Below, one piece after another: positions 46,421-59,100 of a DNA stretch of 64,000 nucleotides. This stretch comes from Candidatus Buchananbacteria bacterium (GTDB lineage Bacteria > Patescibacteriota > Patescibacteriia > Buchananbacterales > UBA6539): positions 73,469-137,468 of the forward strand of contig JBAYLH010000001.1 of assembly GCA_041664165.1 (NCBI GenBank). The letters run 5' to 3'. The notes beneath the pieces were generated by a model, which was not told the DNA's origin, ran no database searches, and worked only from the letters and a program-made list of their open reading frames with translations. Numbering within the stretch: the stretch's first letter is position 1; each line of letters opens with the position of its first letter. The position numbers and the translations under genes were made by a program.

Positions 46421-47134
46421 TTACGGAACTTTCAAAAATTTACCCGGACCTTTGGGATCATAGCCGTTCCTCACTTCATCGCCGTCTTTAAAGCCATCGC
46501 CGTCAGTGTCGGGATTATTCGGGTCAGTTTCAAAAACTTTGACTTCATCCCGGTCGGTTAAGCCGTCTTTATCCGTATCAACTTCATTGGGGTTGGTGCC
46601 ATACATTCTTTCTTCTTCGTCGGTCAGACCGTCATAATCAGAATCCACGGCCGCAACTGGCTGATTGATATCGGTTCCGGAATTGCCACTAGCTGGCTGG
46701 TTAGTATTAACTGGATTGCTATTTCCCGCCGGCTGATTTTGATTGCCCGCGGTTTGGCCGGACGGCGTTGCCGCTTTCGGCTGAGTCATTAATTTATAGC
46801 CATAAAACCCGGCCGCGCTAACCGCGCCGCCAATCAGCAAAACCAGCAAAACTAAAACAATAACTTTTTTATACTGCTTGAAAAACGGCTCTTTACTAAC
46901 AGCTTTGGCGGCCGGTTTAATCGCCGGCGGGACTGGAATTTGCGCGCCTAAAACCGGCGCCGCTTTTGGCTCGGCCGGACCCCGGAAAGCCGGTTCGATT
47001 TTTTCCAAATCAGCTAAAATATCTTCGGGTTCGCTTGGCTTTAACGGCACTGGATCGTTAATCGGCGAAACCGGACTGCCCGTTGGCAAATTTTGCGGCG
47101 GTAATCCCGCGTTAGCTGGTTTTTGATCAAACAT
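46421..47134 (-). CDS. Membrane-anchored protein with thrombospondin type-3-like repeats (paralog of 45399..46373)
   Basis: DSDYDGLTDEEE, DTDKDGLTDRDE and DTDGDGFKDGDE repeats. Confidence 0.55.
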   Translation of the reverse strand: MFDQKPANAGLPPQNLPTGSPVSPINDPVPLKPSEPEDILADLEKIEPAFRGPAEPKAAPVLGAQIPVPPAIKPAAKAVSKEPFFKQYKKVIVLVLLVLLIGGAVSAAGFYGYKLMTQPKAATPSGQTAGNQNQPAGNSNPVNTNQPASGNSGTDINQPVAAVDSDYDGLTDEEERMYGTNPNEVDTDKDGLTDRDEVKVFETDPNNPDTDGDGFKDGDEVRNGYDPKGPGKFLKVP

Positions 47135-47154
47135 AGATTTCTAAATTATTTTAA

Positions 47155-50100
47155 TTAATGGGTAAATTTATAACGGCAAAACGTATGGCTGCTAGTATAT
47201 CCCGGAGTAACCGGACCGGCCCAAATTGTTCTGGGCTGCCAGCCGACATTGGAATATTTTGGCAAGTATAATCGGTTAAAAATCTGCTGAGTGGCGCCGG
47301 CGGCATAACTTATCCCCCAGGAACTGTCGTCAAAACCAACTCCTTTCCAATCCCCTATGCCCAGCGGTTCGGCGCTAATATCGGAATTTTCAATTAACCA
47401 GCAAGTAACCGGAAACGGCAAATCAGAGGCGCTATGGCCGAACGACGAAAGAGTCCGATTGGGTCCGGAAATAGCAGTACAAAGGCCGCTGTCCAAAAAA
47501 TTAGCAATCGCCCCTCGAACTTCCCGAGTCGTGCTCGGCGCCATGCGGTGATAAGCTTCAATGGCAATGACGTTTTGGCCGGACAAGAGATAATCATTAA
47601 GATTAAACAAAACGCCGCCTTTGCTTGAATCGCTTTGATTGGGCTGATTTTGGGAAGCCAAAGTCTGATCCGGAGTAATCGGCACCGCCGTCGGATTATA
47701 GGCCGGATCGGTCGGCAAATATAAATTACCCGTTACCAAGCGGCCGTTGATATAAACATTAAAATAATCTTGAGCACCGAAAATCGCCAAACAACTGTTG
47801 GTAGCATTACAGCTGCCGCCCTGGCAGGTATCATAGGTTACGGTGCTACCGGTGCCACAAATCCAACCATTGGTTTTACTGCCGGTATGCGAAGAACCGG
47901 AGGTACAGCCAACGGCGCAAATATTATCGCCGTCAAAATCATTATCCGGATCATAAGGGCAAAAATCCATATTGTCGCACAAGCCGTCTTTGTCCGCATT
48001 GGCGCAGGAAACGCAAACGCCGGAATTGTCGCAGACACAGCTATTGCCGGTACAACCGACATTATCATCGCGGCACTGATCAGCGCCATTAGTATCCGGC
48101 TGAAAACCGGTAATTTGGTTACATTGATAATTCGTGCCGCTCAAAGCCGTACATTGCTGACATTTCGGACAAGGATCGGTTGACGGTACGACGCAGTTAT
48201 AAACATTCCCCTGCTGGCTACAAGTCGCACACGAACCACAGCTGCCGCCGGACTGGCAGGCATAAGTCGTGCCGTTGCACAAACCGCAGCTGCCGCAGAC
48301 ATTATTATCGGGAGTATATTGGCAAATCTTACTGGCCGAACAAGTGGCAATGGCACAAACGCCCGGCAAAGAACAATCGTTGGCGTTTTGGCAGCAGGTT
48401 CCGCCTGACCCGGGCTGACCGGCACAAACCGGATTAGCGCAGCTTTTATTGCAATCGATATTAAAATTAGCCGTCACTTTCAGGCCGCCGATAGTCGTCA
48501 TCGGCAAACTGCAGTCATTAGTGGTACCGGCGCAAATTCCCGTTGGCACGCCGGCAAAAGTAGTAACATACCAGCCGGTAAACTTGGAATCGGCAATGGC
48601 GGCAGCCGCGTGTAAAGTAACATTATCCCCGTAGTTATAAGCATAAGAACAAGTGCTGCCGCAATTAAGATGAGTATCGGCGGAAGTAACTGTCCCGGTA
48701 CCCGTGCCAGTTTTATAAATATTCAAAGGCGTACTCAGAGTTGAAAAATTGGCCGTTACCGTCGTATTACCGGTAATTACAATATCGCAAGGATTGGCCG
48801 TAGTACAGCCGCCGCCGACCCAGCTGCTAAAGCTGTAGCCAGTACTGGCGATCGCCGTTAAATTGATATGAGTTCCGGAGGTAATATTACTTTGGCTGCA
48901 AACCGTGTTGCCCTGGCCGCAATTGATTAATCCGCCCAAAATCAAAACCTGGCCGGCGGCTAGCGGATTAGTTACCGTCAAAGTAAAGGTCGGCTGCACT
49001 CCGGTCGTGCTGGTGAAAGTATCGGAAACCCCGCCGATGGTTAAAACCGTATTGGTCTGGGTACTGTAAGCAGCGGCAGAAGTCTGGCGGACTTTGACTG
49101 TGTCGCCGTTATTAATACTGCCCGCCACCGTTGTCCAGCTGCCCGCGCCAACCTGGTATTGCCCGCCCGTGATGCTAATTGGCGCTGGCGCGTTGATGCC
49201 GGAAACGGTTATGGCGTTGGAGGTCATGACGGTGCTGAGAGCGACATTGGTTTGGTCAGTGAAGGTAAAAGCATCAGGCGCGGTATCGGCAGCCACAAAA
49301 GTCGCGGCCACGGTTTTAACCGCATCCAAAGTAACGTTGCAAACGCCGGTGCCAGCGCACGCTCCGGACCAGCCGGTAAAAATAAAGCCAGCCGCCGGAT
49401 AAGCCGTTAAAACAATACTGGTTCCGGCCGGATAAGCGTGAGAACAAGTGCTGCCGCAATCAATGGTCTGAGGAGCATCGCTGGAAGTAATTGAATTACT
49501 GCCAGTCGGCGGCGTTACCGTCAAAGTAAAGGTCGGCTGCACTCCGGTCGTGCTGGTGAAAGTATCAAAAACCCCGCCAATAATTAAAACCGTATTGGTC
49601 TGGGTACTGTAAGCAGCGGCAGAAGTCTGACGAACTTTGACTGTGTCGCCGTTATTAATACTGCCCGCCGCCGTTGTCCAGCTGCCCGCGCCAACCTGGT
49701 ATTGCCCGCCCGTGATGCTGATTGGCGATGGCGCGTTGATGCCGGAAACGGTTATGGCGTTGGAAGTCATAACGGTACTGAGAGCGACATTGGTTTGGTC
49801 AGTGAAGGTAAAAGCATCAGGCGCGGTATCGGCTCCGGGCGGAACACAGCTGCCCGAAGCATTGCAAAAATTCGGGGGCAGACATTGACCCGGGCCGGAA
49901 GTATCTTCATCGGTATAATGATTTAAAATTGAACAGGTGTCGTTAGCCGTGCCGCTACAGACATGACAGGCGGCGGTACACTCCGTATCATCGTTAACCG
50001 CTCGAGCGCCGCAAACGCCGCCGACCACGCAGGAACTGCACGAGCCGGTGCAGCCGACTCCTTCGTCGGAAACCCGAGGCCGGCACTGGTAATCATTAGG

Positions 50101-53100
50101 CAAAGCCGAACCAAAATCAGCCGGCGCCAAACAGCGCTCGCAAGTGTTGCAATAAGCCGCGCTATCGGCATCAGAATTAAAACTGCCGTCCCAGCAGCAT
50201 TTAGAGCCAGCCGGGCCGGTTTGGCCTTTACAGGCGAAGTCCGCACAGTCAGCAAAGCCATTGCCGTCTTCGTCGCCAGGCGTATTACAAATTTCAACCG
50301 CGGCCGGACAGTCGCTGTCAGTGGCGTTATTACAGCCGAGACCGCAGCAGCTATTCCCGGACTGACAGCCGCAGTCGGGATCATCACTGGCCGCACAGCC
50401 GGCCGGACAATTACCGTTACAGCCATTAGGCGTACAGGTAACAGCGCAGTCGCTGTCTAAGGCGTCAGTTTGGCCGTCGCAGTCATTATCCAAACCATCT
50501 AAGCAATGGCCGGCTTCCGAAACATAATGGCCGGAAATAGTTGAGTAGTCACAGCCCGGCCATTGACCCAAGATAGAACAAGTTTCTTTGGCTCCGGCGC
50601 AAACTCCCTGCTGGTTAGAGCAATCCCGTTTGGCTCCGGCAGTACAAGCCGGCGCCGCCGTTGAAGCCGTGCAATACTGGTCAATCCAGGTCGGCGAACC
50701 TAAAATTTTTGGCGTCATCGCCACGGTAAAATCAGCCGGCTTGGTTTCTTTGGCTAATTTGACCGGCTGGCTAAGCGGCTGGTTGAAAAAATTTGCCAGC
50801 CTGGCAATTGTGGTTTTTAAAAATGAAAAGATTCCCTTAATCCCATTACTATCCTGGACTAAATTGGTTGGCGCGGCCACTCTCGGCGGCGGTATCGGCG
50901 TGCAGGAAGGCGGAACCGAAGGGAAAGAAGAACAGTAGTTAAATTCAAAACTATTAAAGGTTACGACCACCCCGGCGGGTAAATCTCTGACGGCAAAACC
51001 ATGAGCCGCAGCGGCACAAAAATTAGTCGGCAAATTGAGATCCACTGTAAAATCAGCACCCGAGGCACCGCCGGCTCTGATACTGTCATAATCAAAATTT
51101 AAGCCTTGCTCCGGCGTAGTCAGCGTACCGCTAATATCAACCGTGAATTTCACGTCCAAGGCCTGCTTAATTTTATTAATAATATCAGTATATAAGAGTG
51201 GCAAATTGCTTGAATTATCATCCGGCTTGAGATAACAATAATGAGCATTATCACAGCCAGGAACCGGGGTTAAAGTCGTATTGGAAGATAATAAATTCAT
51301 TTCGTTGACCGTACCGAAAGCGGCTGAATAAATGGTAATGCCATTATTTTTAGCCAAATCGGCATCGCTGTCTATCGCTGGTGTATTGTTCGGATAAACA
51401 GCAGAGCAGGAAAAATCATATCTATCCTCACCACAAGGCCAGCAAAGCTGCCAACCACCAAAATTGCATGTTTGAGCTGTAGTGTGACAACCATTAGGAA
51501 TAGCACTTTCGCAATAATTAAGTTTGGTGTCAGCTTCGCCATCACTCATCACTATCATAATTTTATTAGGCGAGCCTGAGCCTGTTAGCATCTGAGTTGC
51601 CTTTATAACCGCGGCGCTAGTATTGGTGCCGCCAATAGTTGCATAACTATTAATAACCCCGTGCAAGTTCCCTTCGTTCCGGCTAAAGTTATAAGAATTT
51701 ACAATTGAATTTGTACGGCCGATAGCATCATAAGTTAAACCAAAGCTCACCAGGCCAACTTTAATATTATAATCAGAATTAGAGAGCAGATTAGTCACTG
51801 CCATCCGTAAAGCAGTTAGCAAGGCAAGGTTGGGGTCACAGCTTTGAGGCTCGCTGGAGTTGATGCCATTGCAGGCCTCATTCATACTGACTGACAAATC
51901 AGTTACCAAAACAACCGCGGTTTCCGGTGCCGCATCGGATCGTCTAATATTTAAATGCGCTTTGACTTTATTTTCCGAAATCTGGCAAAGCGGCGAAGTC
52001 AAAGTGCTGGTTTGAGCCGGAGGAAAAGAAAGATTGGCCAGGGTTACCCCGCCATGGCCGGTGTAATTACTGGCCGTACATTGCCACTTGCAATTAGCCG
52101 TACACTCCGCGCCAAAATTGTCAGTTCCATAATCGCATTCTTCCGCCGAACCGCCGCCAGTATCAATTTGGCAATTGCCGCAATATAAGCCGCCCACGGT
52201 TACAATTTTGCAGGTATTATCGCAATACTGGCAGCTGCCGTTATAAGCCGGGTTGCAAGGCACGCCGTTTGACGCCGCACCAACGCATACGCCGGCCGGG
52301 TTGGTACTGTCAATCGGATTAGTCCCTCTATAGACAGCACTTTTGCAATCGCAGTTTTCCCAAGGCTGATTATCATCCGGCCCTTTTTCAATAATCCCGT
52401 TGCCGCAAGCCCCGCCGGTTTCCGTTACCACTTTTGAACAATTATTGGCGCACCATTGGCATGAAGCTAAAGTGTTAGGGTCATCGCTTTGGGTCGGATT
52501 GCACCGCTCGTTATTTTTGGTCGACCAGGGCCGCTTGACCAGCGAAGCATTATCGCCGGCATCGCAGACTTCCGAAGCGATAACCAGGCCGTCGCCGCAG
52601 CGAGCCGGCTGATCGCAGATATCGCCGATGTTATTATGGTTATAATCAGTCTGGCTGGAATTGCTGCAGGAAATCTGGATGCCAAAATTGTCCTTGCAAA
52701 CCGGTCCGTAAGGCCCGCCCGGACAGTTGTCTAAATCCGTAATTTTCGGCCGGATTTCAAAACCGACAAAACCGACATTGGCATCGCAGTTAACCGTAAA
52801 GGAGCCGGGAACCGGACAGCCAGTACTACATCGGCACCAATCGTTTAACCAATTAAACTTAATGGCATGAGAGCCGGCGGCCAACTGGCCTAAAGATATT
52901 ATCCCCTCCTGAGGATGACTAATATCAAAAGGATAATTAATAATTTTATCCGACCTGGCTTGGCCGTCAATTTCAACTTGAATTTTAAAGCCATTATAAT
53001 TTTTCTCCGCGTCAAATCTGGTCGGATCTAATTCAATTCGGCTGGCCAAATCAGCGCCCGTGCCGAAACCGACGGCATTGTAGGTTTTAACTTTAACAAA

Positions 53101-56100
53101 ATACTCACCGGCGATACTGACGGTAAAATTATGATCCCCGCCTAAGGCGCCTGGGTTCTGATAGGTTTGATTGACCGAGACGTTAGCAATCGCGTAATCA
53201 AACTCTTCAAAACTGCCGGCATTGCCCTGGCAGCCCTGAAAATGCTCTTTTTGGCCGAGCGTTAAGTTGGCCGTGCTGACTGGAGTGGAAGTATTGGTAT
53301 AAAAAGAATAATCGCCCAAACCGTCTTTATCAAAATCCAAACATTGATCGCAGATATAACCGATATTATCATTGTCGTAATCTTCCTGGTAAGGATTGTA
53401 GCTGGCAAAATCGCCAAAACCGTTGCCGCAATAACCGGTGTCGTTGCAATTCCGATCAGCACTGCTGTTAACTCCCCCGCTCCGGCAAGGCTTGCTGGCA
53501 GCTGGCTTGCCATTGGCATCTTTACAATAAAAATTATGGTCAGAGGAAATCCAGGTAGCCAGACCGCTGGTTTGATAATTGGTAAACGGCGGGCAGTTGT
53601 CTTTGGGGCAGACATTAATATCGTTAGCGCCGGTATCAATATCCCAAAAACCATCGCTATCCAAATCAGTGCAGGGGTCGCAAACATCGCCGAGATGATC
53701 GCTGTCGGAATCGGCCTGGTCGCGATTAGCAACCGTCGGACAATTATCTTGTTGGTCGCAAATGCCGTCGTAATCGGAATCACCCGAACAACCGGTATCA
53801 CAGACATTGCCTGTCCCGTTGCCATTACTGTCTTGCTGATCAGGGTTATAACAATTTGCCGGATTGCCGCATAACCGACCCGGACAATTATCTTTGCCGG
53901 CGATTATTCCCGAGCCGATGCCGTCGCAAACGCCATCGCTATCGGTGTCGCCGCCCTGAGCGCTGCAGTCAACGACATTAGCCGCTGGATTCAAATTCGT
54001 CTGGTGGATTTCAAAATTTAATCTTTGACAAGCCGCCGGCAACGGGTATTGGCCGGTCGCCCAAGTGCCTGGGTTAGTGTATTCAAAATTACTATATAAT
54101 CCGTAATCCAAGCCGCTATTAGCCGAACCGTAAGCATAAACAAACATCTGCTGCGGACAGGCGAAAGTTTTGCTGATTTCATCCCAGCAGGTTTTTTCCT
54201 GATCCGGATCCGCCGGCTGGCAGAGTATCGGCTGGTTGCCGCAGGCCGTTAAATTGCCTAAAACGCAAGCCGTTGTTTCGTCGCTTTCAATTTTACCGTT
54301 ACCGTTGCTATCGCAATAATAAGCCGTACAGCCGATAAACCGGTTAAGCGGATCGATAAATAAAGCTTTGCCGGTTTCCGCCGCTAAAGTCTGCTGCCAA
54401 GACGGCCAGACCGAAAATGTCGTACCGGAAATATAGCTGCCCGCCGATAAAACCGGATAACGGCCTTTGGTTGGGAAATAATTTTTGAAAACCAATTGCA
54501 TCTCCCGCAAATCAGCATAGCGTTTACTGTCGCGAACGACCTGCTCTTTTTCGGCGTCACAGCTTAAATTCGGGCAGTCAAAATTATTGGCGCAATAAAT
54601 CGGCTGGCAAATTTTAGCCTGGCAGGAATTAGTCACTTCCGACCAGAAACAGCCGAGTTCTTTAAGTTTGTCTTCGCAGGCGCTGATAGTTTGGTACGTA
54701 ACGCATTGGGAATGGTTAGACGTGCCGATTTCAATGCTGCCGGTTGCCGCGGCCGGACCGCAGACAAAGTCGGTCTCGGCATAACGGCCATAATCATCGC
54801 AAACCCGATAATTGCTGACATTGGTATTAAATGACCAAACGCCGTTTTGGCCGGTCGGATCCAAAAGCCGATTAAAGATTTCCTGCGTTTGGCTGCTGGC
54901 GTTTTGGCTGTAAGAAAGTAAATAAATATTAGAGTAAAGAGTAGTCGCGCTGACACCTCGGTCCAAATTCGTGGCACCGACATAAATCGTCCGGCCGTCA
55001 CGAATCGCCTGGTAGCCGTCGGTTTTAATTTCCTGCGGCGAGCCGACTGTCGGAACATTCATCTGGCAGCGCCCGTAAAGCTGCAAGTCATCAATATCAA
55101 CCGTGCTGCTGCCGGCCTGGCGCAGCCGGACATAAAACTGAACCTTCGTCGGCGTGGTTAAAGTAAAATTGCAAGCAACCGGCTGCCAGGTAGCTGGCGT
55201 ATTGCCGCTGGCACATTTAGCGCCGGTTTTTCCGGAAATCAAACAATTAGGCGTATTGTCGCAGAGGCTCTGCCAATTCCCGGCCGTAACTTCCTTTTCG
55301 GCGCCGACAACAACTTCGGCTTCTGATTTGACATAAGCCGTATAAGAGTAACTGCCGGCCGAAAGAGTCAAAGCGGATTTAACCGGATCATTGCGTAATT
55401 GTCCCCAGCCGGTAGTACCGCTAGTTACGGCTAGCCGAGCGGCTCGGCCAGTCCGGCCGGCGTCAGAAACCGCCGTCAAACCGGCGGCAAAATTACCGCT
55501 AAGCTGCAAATTCCAAGACCAAGTGGCCGGAGTGTCTTGCTCAAAATTGCCATTGGCGAACAGGTTATTATTTTTACAATCCGTATCTTTGAAGCAAAGC
55601 TGATCGAAATCACCCTGGCCGCCGCACAAACCCGACTGATACCAGGTTTTCGGCGACAAGTGCAAAGGGTTGGACAAAATCCGGATGCCTAAAGCGTCGC
55701 CGGTCGGCGCACCTTCCACTTTTAACAGCCTCAAGTTTTCAATTAATAAATTCGAATCTGGCACCGGAGTCAGTGAAGGATCAGACCAGTCGTTTCTCCA
55801 GGTAATAGTAACTGTATGACTGCCGCTGGCTAATTTACCGAGAAATAAGGTTCCGGTTTGGCTCGCCGTTGAAGCTAAATTATCGATATTACCTTTGGCG
55901 ACATTATCAACTTTAATTTCCAGCCGCTGGCTGACCGAAGCCAGACAAGTCCCGGTGCCGCAAGCATTAGCCGCACCCGGATTGCAAACTGTTTTTTCAC
56001 CGGCTCTTAGGATACCGTCATTATTTTCATCACAATAGGCAATGCTGGTTAAGTCATTGCCGAAGTTATGGGTTTTAATTTCCAAAGAATAATCGCCGGC

Positions 56101-59100
56101 CGTTACCGCCGCAAAATTGTAGCTCCAAACCGGAAGATTATTGTTGCCGTCGCCCAAACAATAAGAAAAATTTCCAAGCGTCGCCGGGCTGGGCGTTGGG
56201 TTGGGACAGCTAGTGCCGACGGAATATTCATTGCCATTTTTACTGCCGGCCGGGGTCTGGTTGCTCTCGCCGACTGGGAAAATAAAGTCTTTTAAGATGC
56301 CAAGCCGGGTACCTAAAACCGTGGGATTAACCGACAAGGCCGGCAAATCGTCATCCGTAGTATTTTCTTGGCCGGCATCGCGGCAATAGTACAATTTAAA
56401 ATGAGTATCTCTGCAGATGCCGGAAGTGCAGTTGCCTTGGTTATCCCGATAAACATCAGCTAGCGAAGGCCAGGGGTTATTGCAGATAAAATTAGTAACA
56501 TTAGCATCCTGAGAAGATTCCGACGTCAATCGGCACTGGGCCGTGGCCGCGCACTGATTAGCCAGCTGCGGATTGCAGAATTCGTTAGTATCGCTGCAAC
56601 GGTACTGGCCGCCGAAAACCCGGACAACCGCTTCGCCATTTATTCCCTTAGTTACCGGCGGCGCGACTAAGTTGCCGTTAGCGTCATGGTCTTGCCCTGG
56701 CGTAACCAAATTTTGATAATTATAATTATCAACAGCGCAAATACCGCCGGAGCACTCCGAATCAAGATTGCATTTTTTTGAATTATCAACCGAACAAACT
56801 TTGTCCGCGTAATCGCTTAAATAAATAATTCCTTTTTGATCATTAGCCGGATCAATCTCGGACCACTGAAAACCAACACCCGACGGACTGATCGGCGTTA
56901 TCGCCCCGACGATGGTGGTCAAATCATAGCACTGAGCCTGGTATAAATGCTGATTGCCGGCCAAAGCGTAATCAAAGTCATCGTCAAGCAGATTGGTTGG
57001 CGAATTCTTGCCGCAAAAATTGCCGGCGCAGGCGAATAAATCATTAATTGTCAGATTGCCGGCCGAAGTCGGTTTGACCAAAACCCCGACATAGTCGCAT
57101 TGGCAGAAATCTTCGCTGGTGCCAAAAGTCCAAACCGAAGTATAGTCTCCGGTTTGAGGCAATGAGTCAGCATCGCTAATAATATCTTTAACGCCGCTGA
57201 CGTCAACTTGGTAAGTGGCATTAGACTCTAAAAACCCGGAAGTTAAGCCGGTAACCGTCAGCCGGCTGCCCAAACAATCATTATCGGCCTGACAGCGGCT
57301 GTTGGTCAAAAGCCCGGCATCAGCCAGCGGATAAACACAACTATTTCTGACGCACTGGCCGGCCACGGTTTCATACAAATAAGACTTTACTAAATTGGGA
57401 TTAGTCCCGCAGGAATTTTTGCAGACTTTTAAACTATCTAAAATCGTACTTGGCTTTAAAGTTTTGGAAAATACCGCCCAAATGGCAACGTTGCGGCATT
57501 GATTGGCCGCGTTAATTTTCGGTTGATGGCCGATAACATAAAATGGCACTTCCGATCCGGCCACCACGGTCAATTCACCAACACCGGCAGTTTGGGGCTG
57601 TAGCGCGCTCCAGGCTAAAATTTCTTCCCTGGCTTGACTCAAGCGGGTCGGTAGCCGGTCAATCGTTTGAACAATTTGATAAGGATCCAAGCGGTTATCG
57701 GCAACCGTGGAGCTGTTAACGGTGCAATTTCGGCTGCAGCCGTCGGAAATACACTGGCCGCCAGTACCGCAAGGACTGCCGATGCTATTACAAGGATTAT
57801 TATCGGCAGAACAAAAGCCTTCGTAAGTAGTACAACCTGAGCCGGCCTTGCATTGTGAATAATTTAAACTGGTACAGCCGACCCATTGGTCAGCGCTATT
57901 TTGGCATAATCCCCCATCATCGCATTTTTCGCCGGTTTCTTTAAAGCCGTTGCCGCAAACCGATAAGCCCCAATTGTCATTGCCAATTACACCGTTCAAC
58001 GATCGAGGTTCGTAGCCGACGGGACAGCTGAGAGGGTTAGCGCCGTTGGTAAAATCAAAAACATTAGTTTGAACATTGCGGCAGATATTAAGATTTCGAT
58101 TCTCTAAAAGACAAGGCCGGGTGCCGCATTGATTGCCAGTCCAGTAGCAGAGGCCGGTATGGCAATTGGCTAAGTTCGAAAAATCGATTCTTTGGCAATC
58201 AACCTGGTTAACTGTTCCAGCCGGACTATAATTAATTCCCGTGCAGCCATCGCCGGAAGCGGGCTGGCCGCCGCGAGCCAAATCGCCGTTATCACATTCT
58301 TCGCCCAAACCGATCAGATTATCGCCGCAAAGCGCGTTAACGCCGGCAATTGAACCGGCAAAAGTACAAATATCCGTGCAGCCATCCGTATCATCGCCGT
58401 TAGGCTCGGTGCCGGTATCGCATTCTTCGCCGGTTTCGACAATGCCGTTGCCGCAGACTTCCTGATTATAATTGGTATTGCCAATTAGCAAACACCGCTC
58501 ATTACAATAATAATTTGTTGACAGCTTCATTATTTCCGATGGCGACAAAGCTCGGCTGTAAATTCTGATTTCATCCAAAGCCCCGGCTAGATTAGCGCCG
58601 GTTTGCCGGCCGCCAAAAGTCAATTTTTTGCCGACGGCTGAAATATCGCCGCCCCGCAAAGATGTCGGGTCAGTCTCGCCGACCAACCGGCCATCTAAAT
58701 AAGCTTTTAAGCCGCGGCCGCTGTCGCGGTTAACGGTAAAAGCGACGAAATGCCAGCCAGAAATCGCTAAATCAACCTGAGCCGAATTGACCATCCGGCT
58801 GCCGTCGCCAATTGCCAAATGAATTTTTTTATCGCTGTCGCTGACAATTTTAAACCCGGATTCGGCACCATTTTCCGCGCCCTTGCCTAAAAGCAGCTGA
58901 CCGGCCGCGCTGTCGATTCCGTTGACCCAAAAGGCCAGGGAAAAACCTCTGACTGCCAGCTGTAAATTTTGATTATCATTAACTTCAACGTAGCCGGTGG
59001 TGCCGTTAAAACTAATTCCTTGGCCGATTTTACCGCCGACAAAGCTAAGGCCGCCGAAACCGGCGCCATTATTTTGATTAATTAAATCATTGGCATTGCT

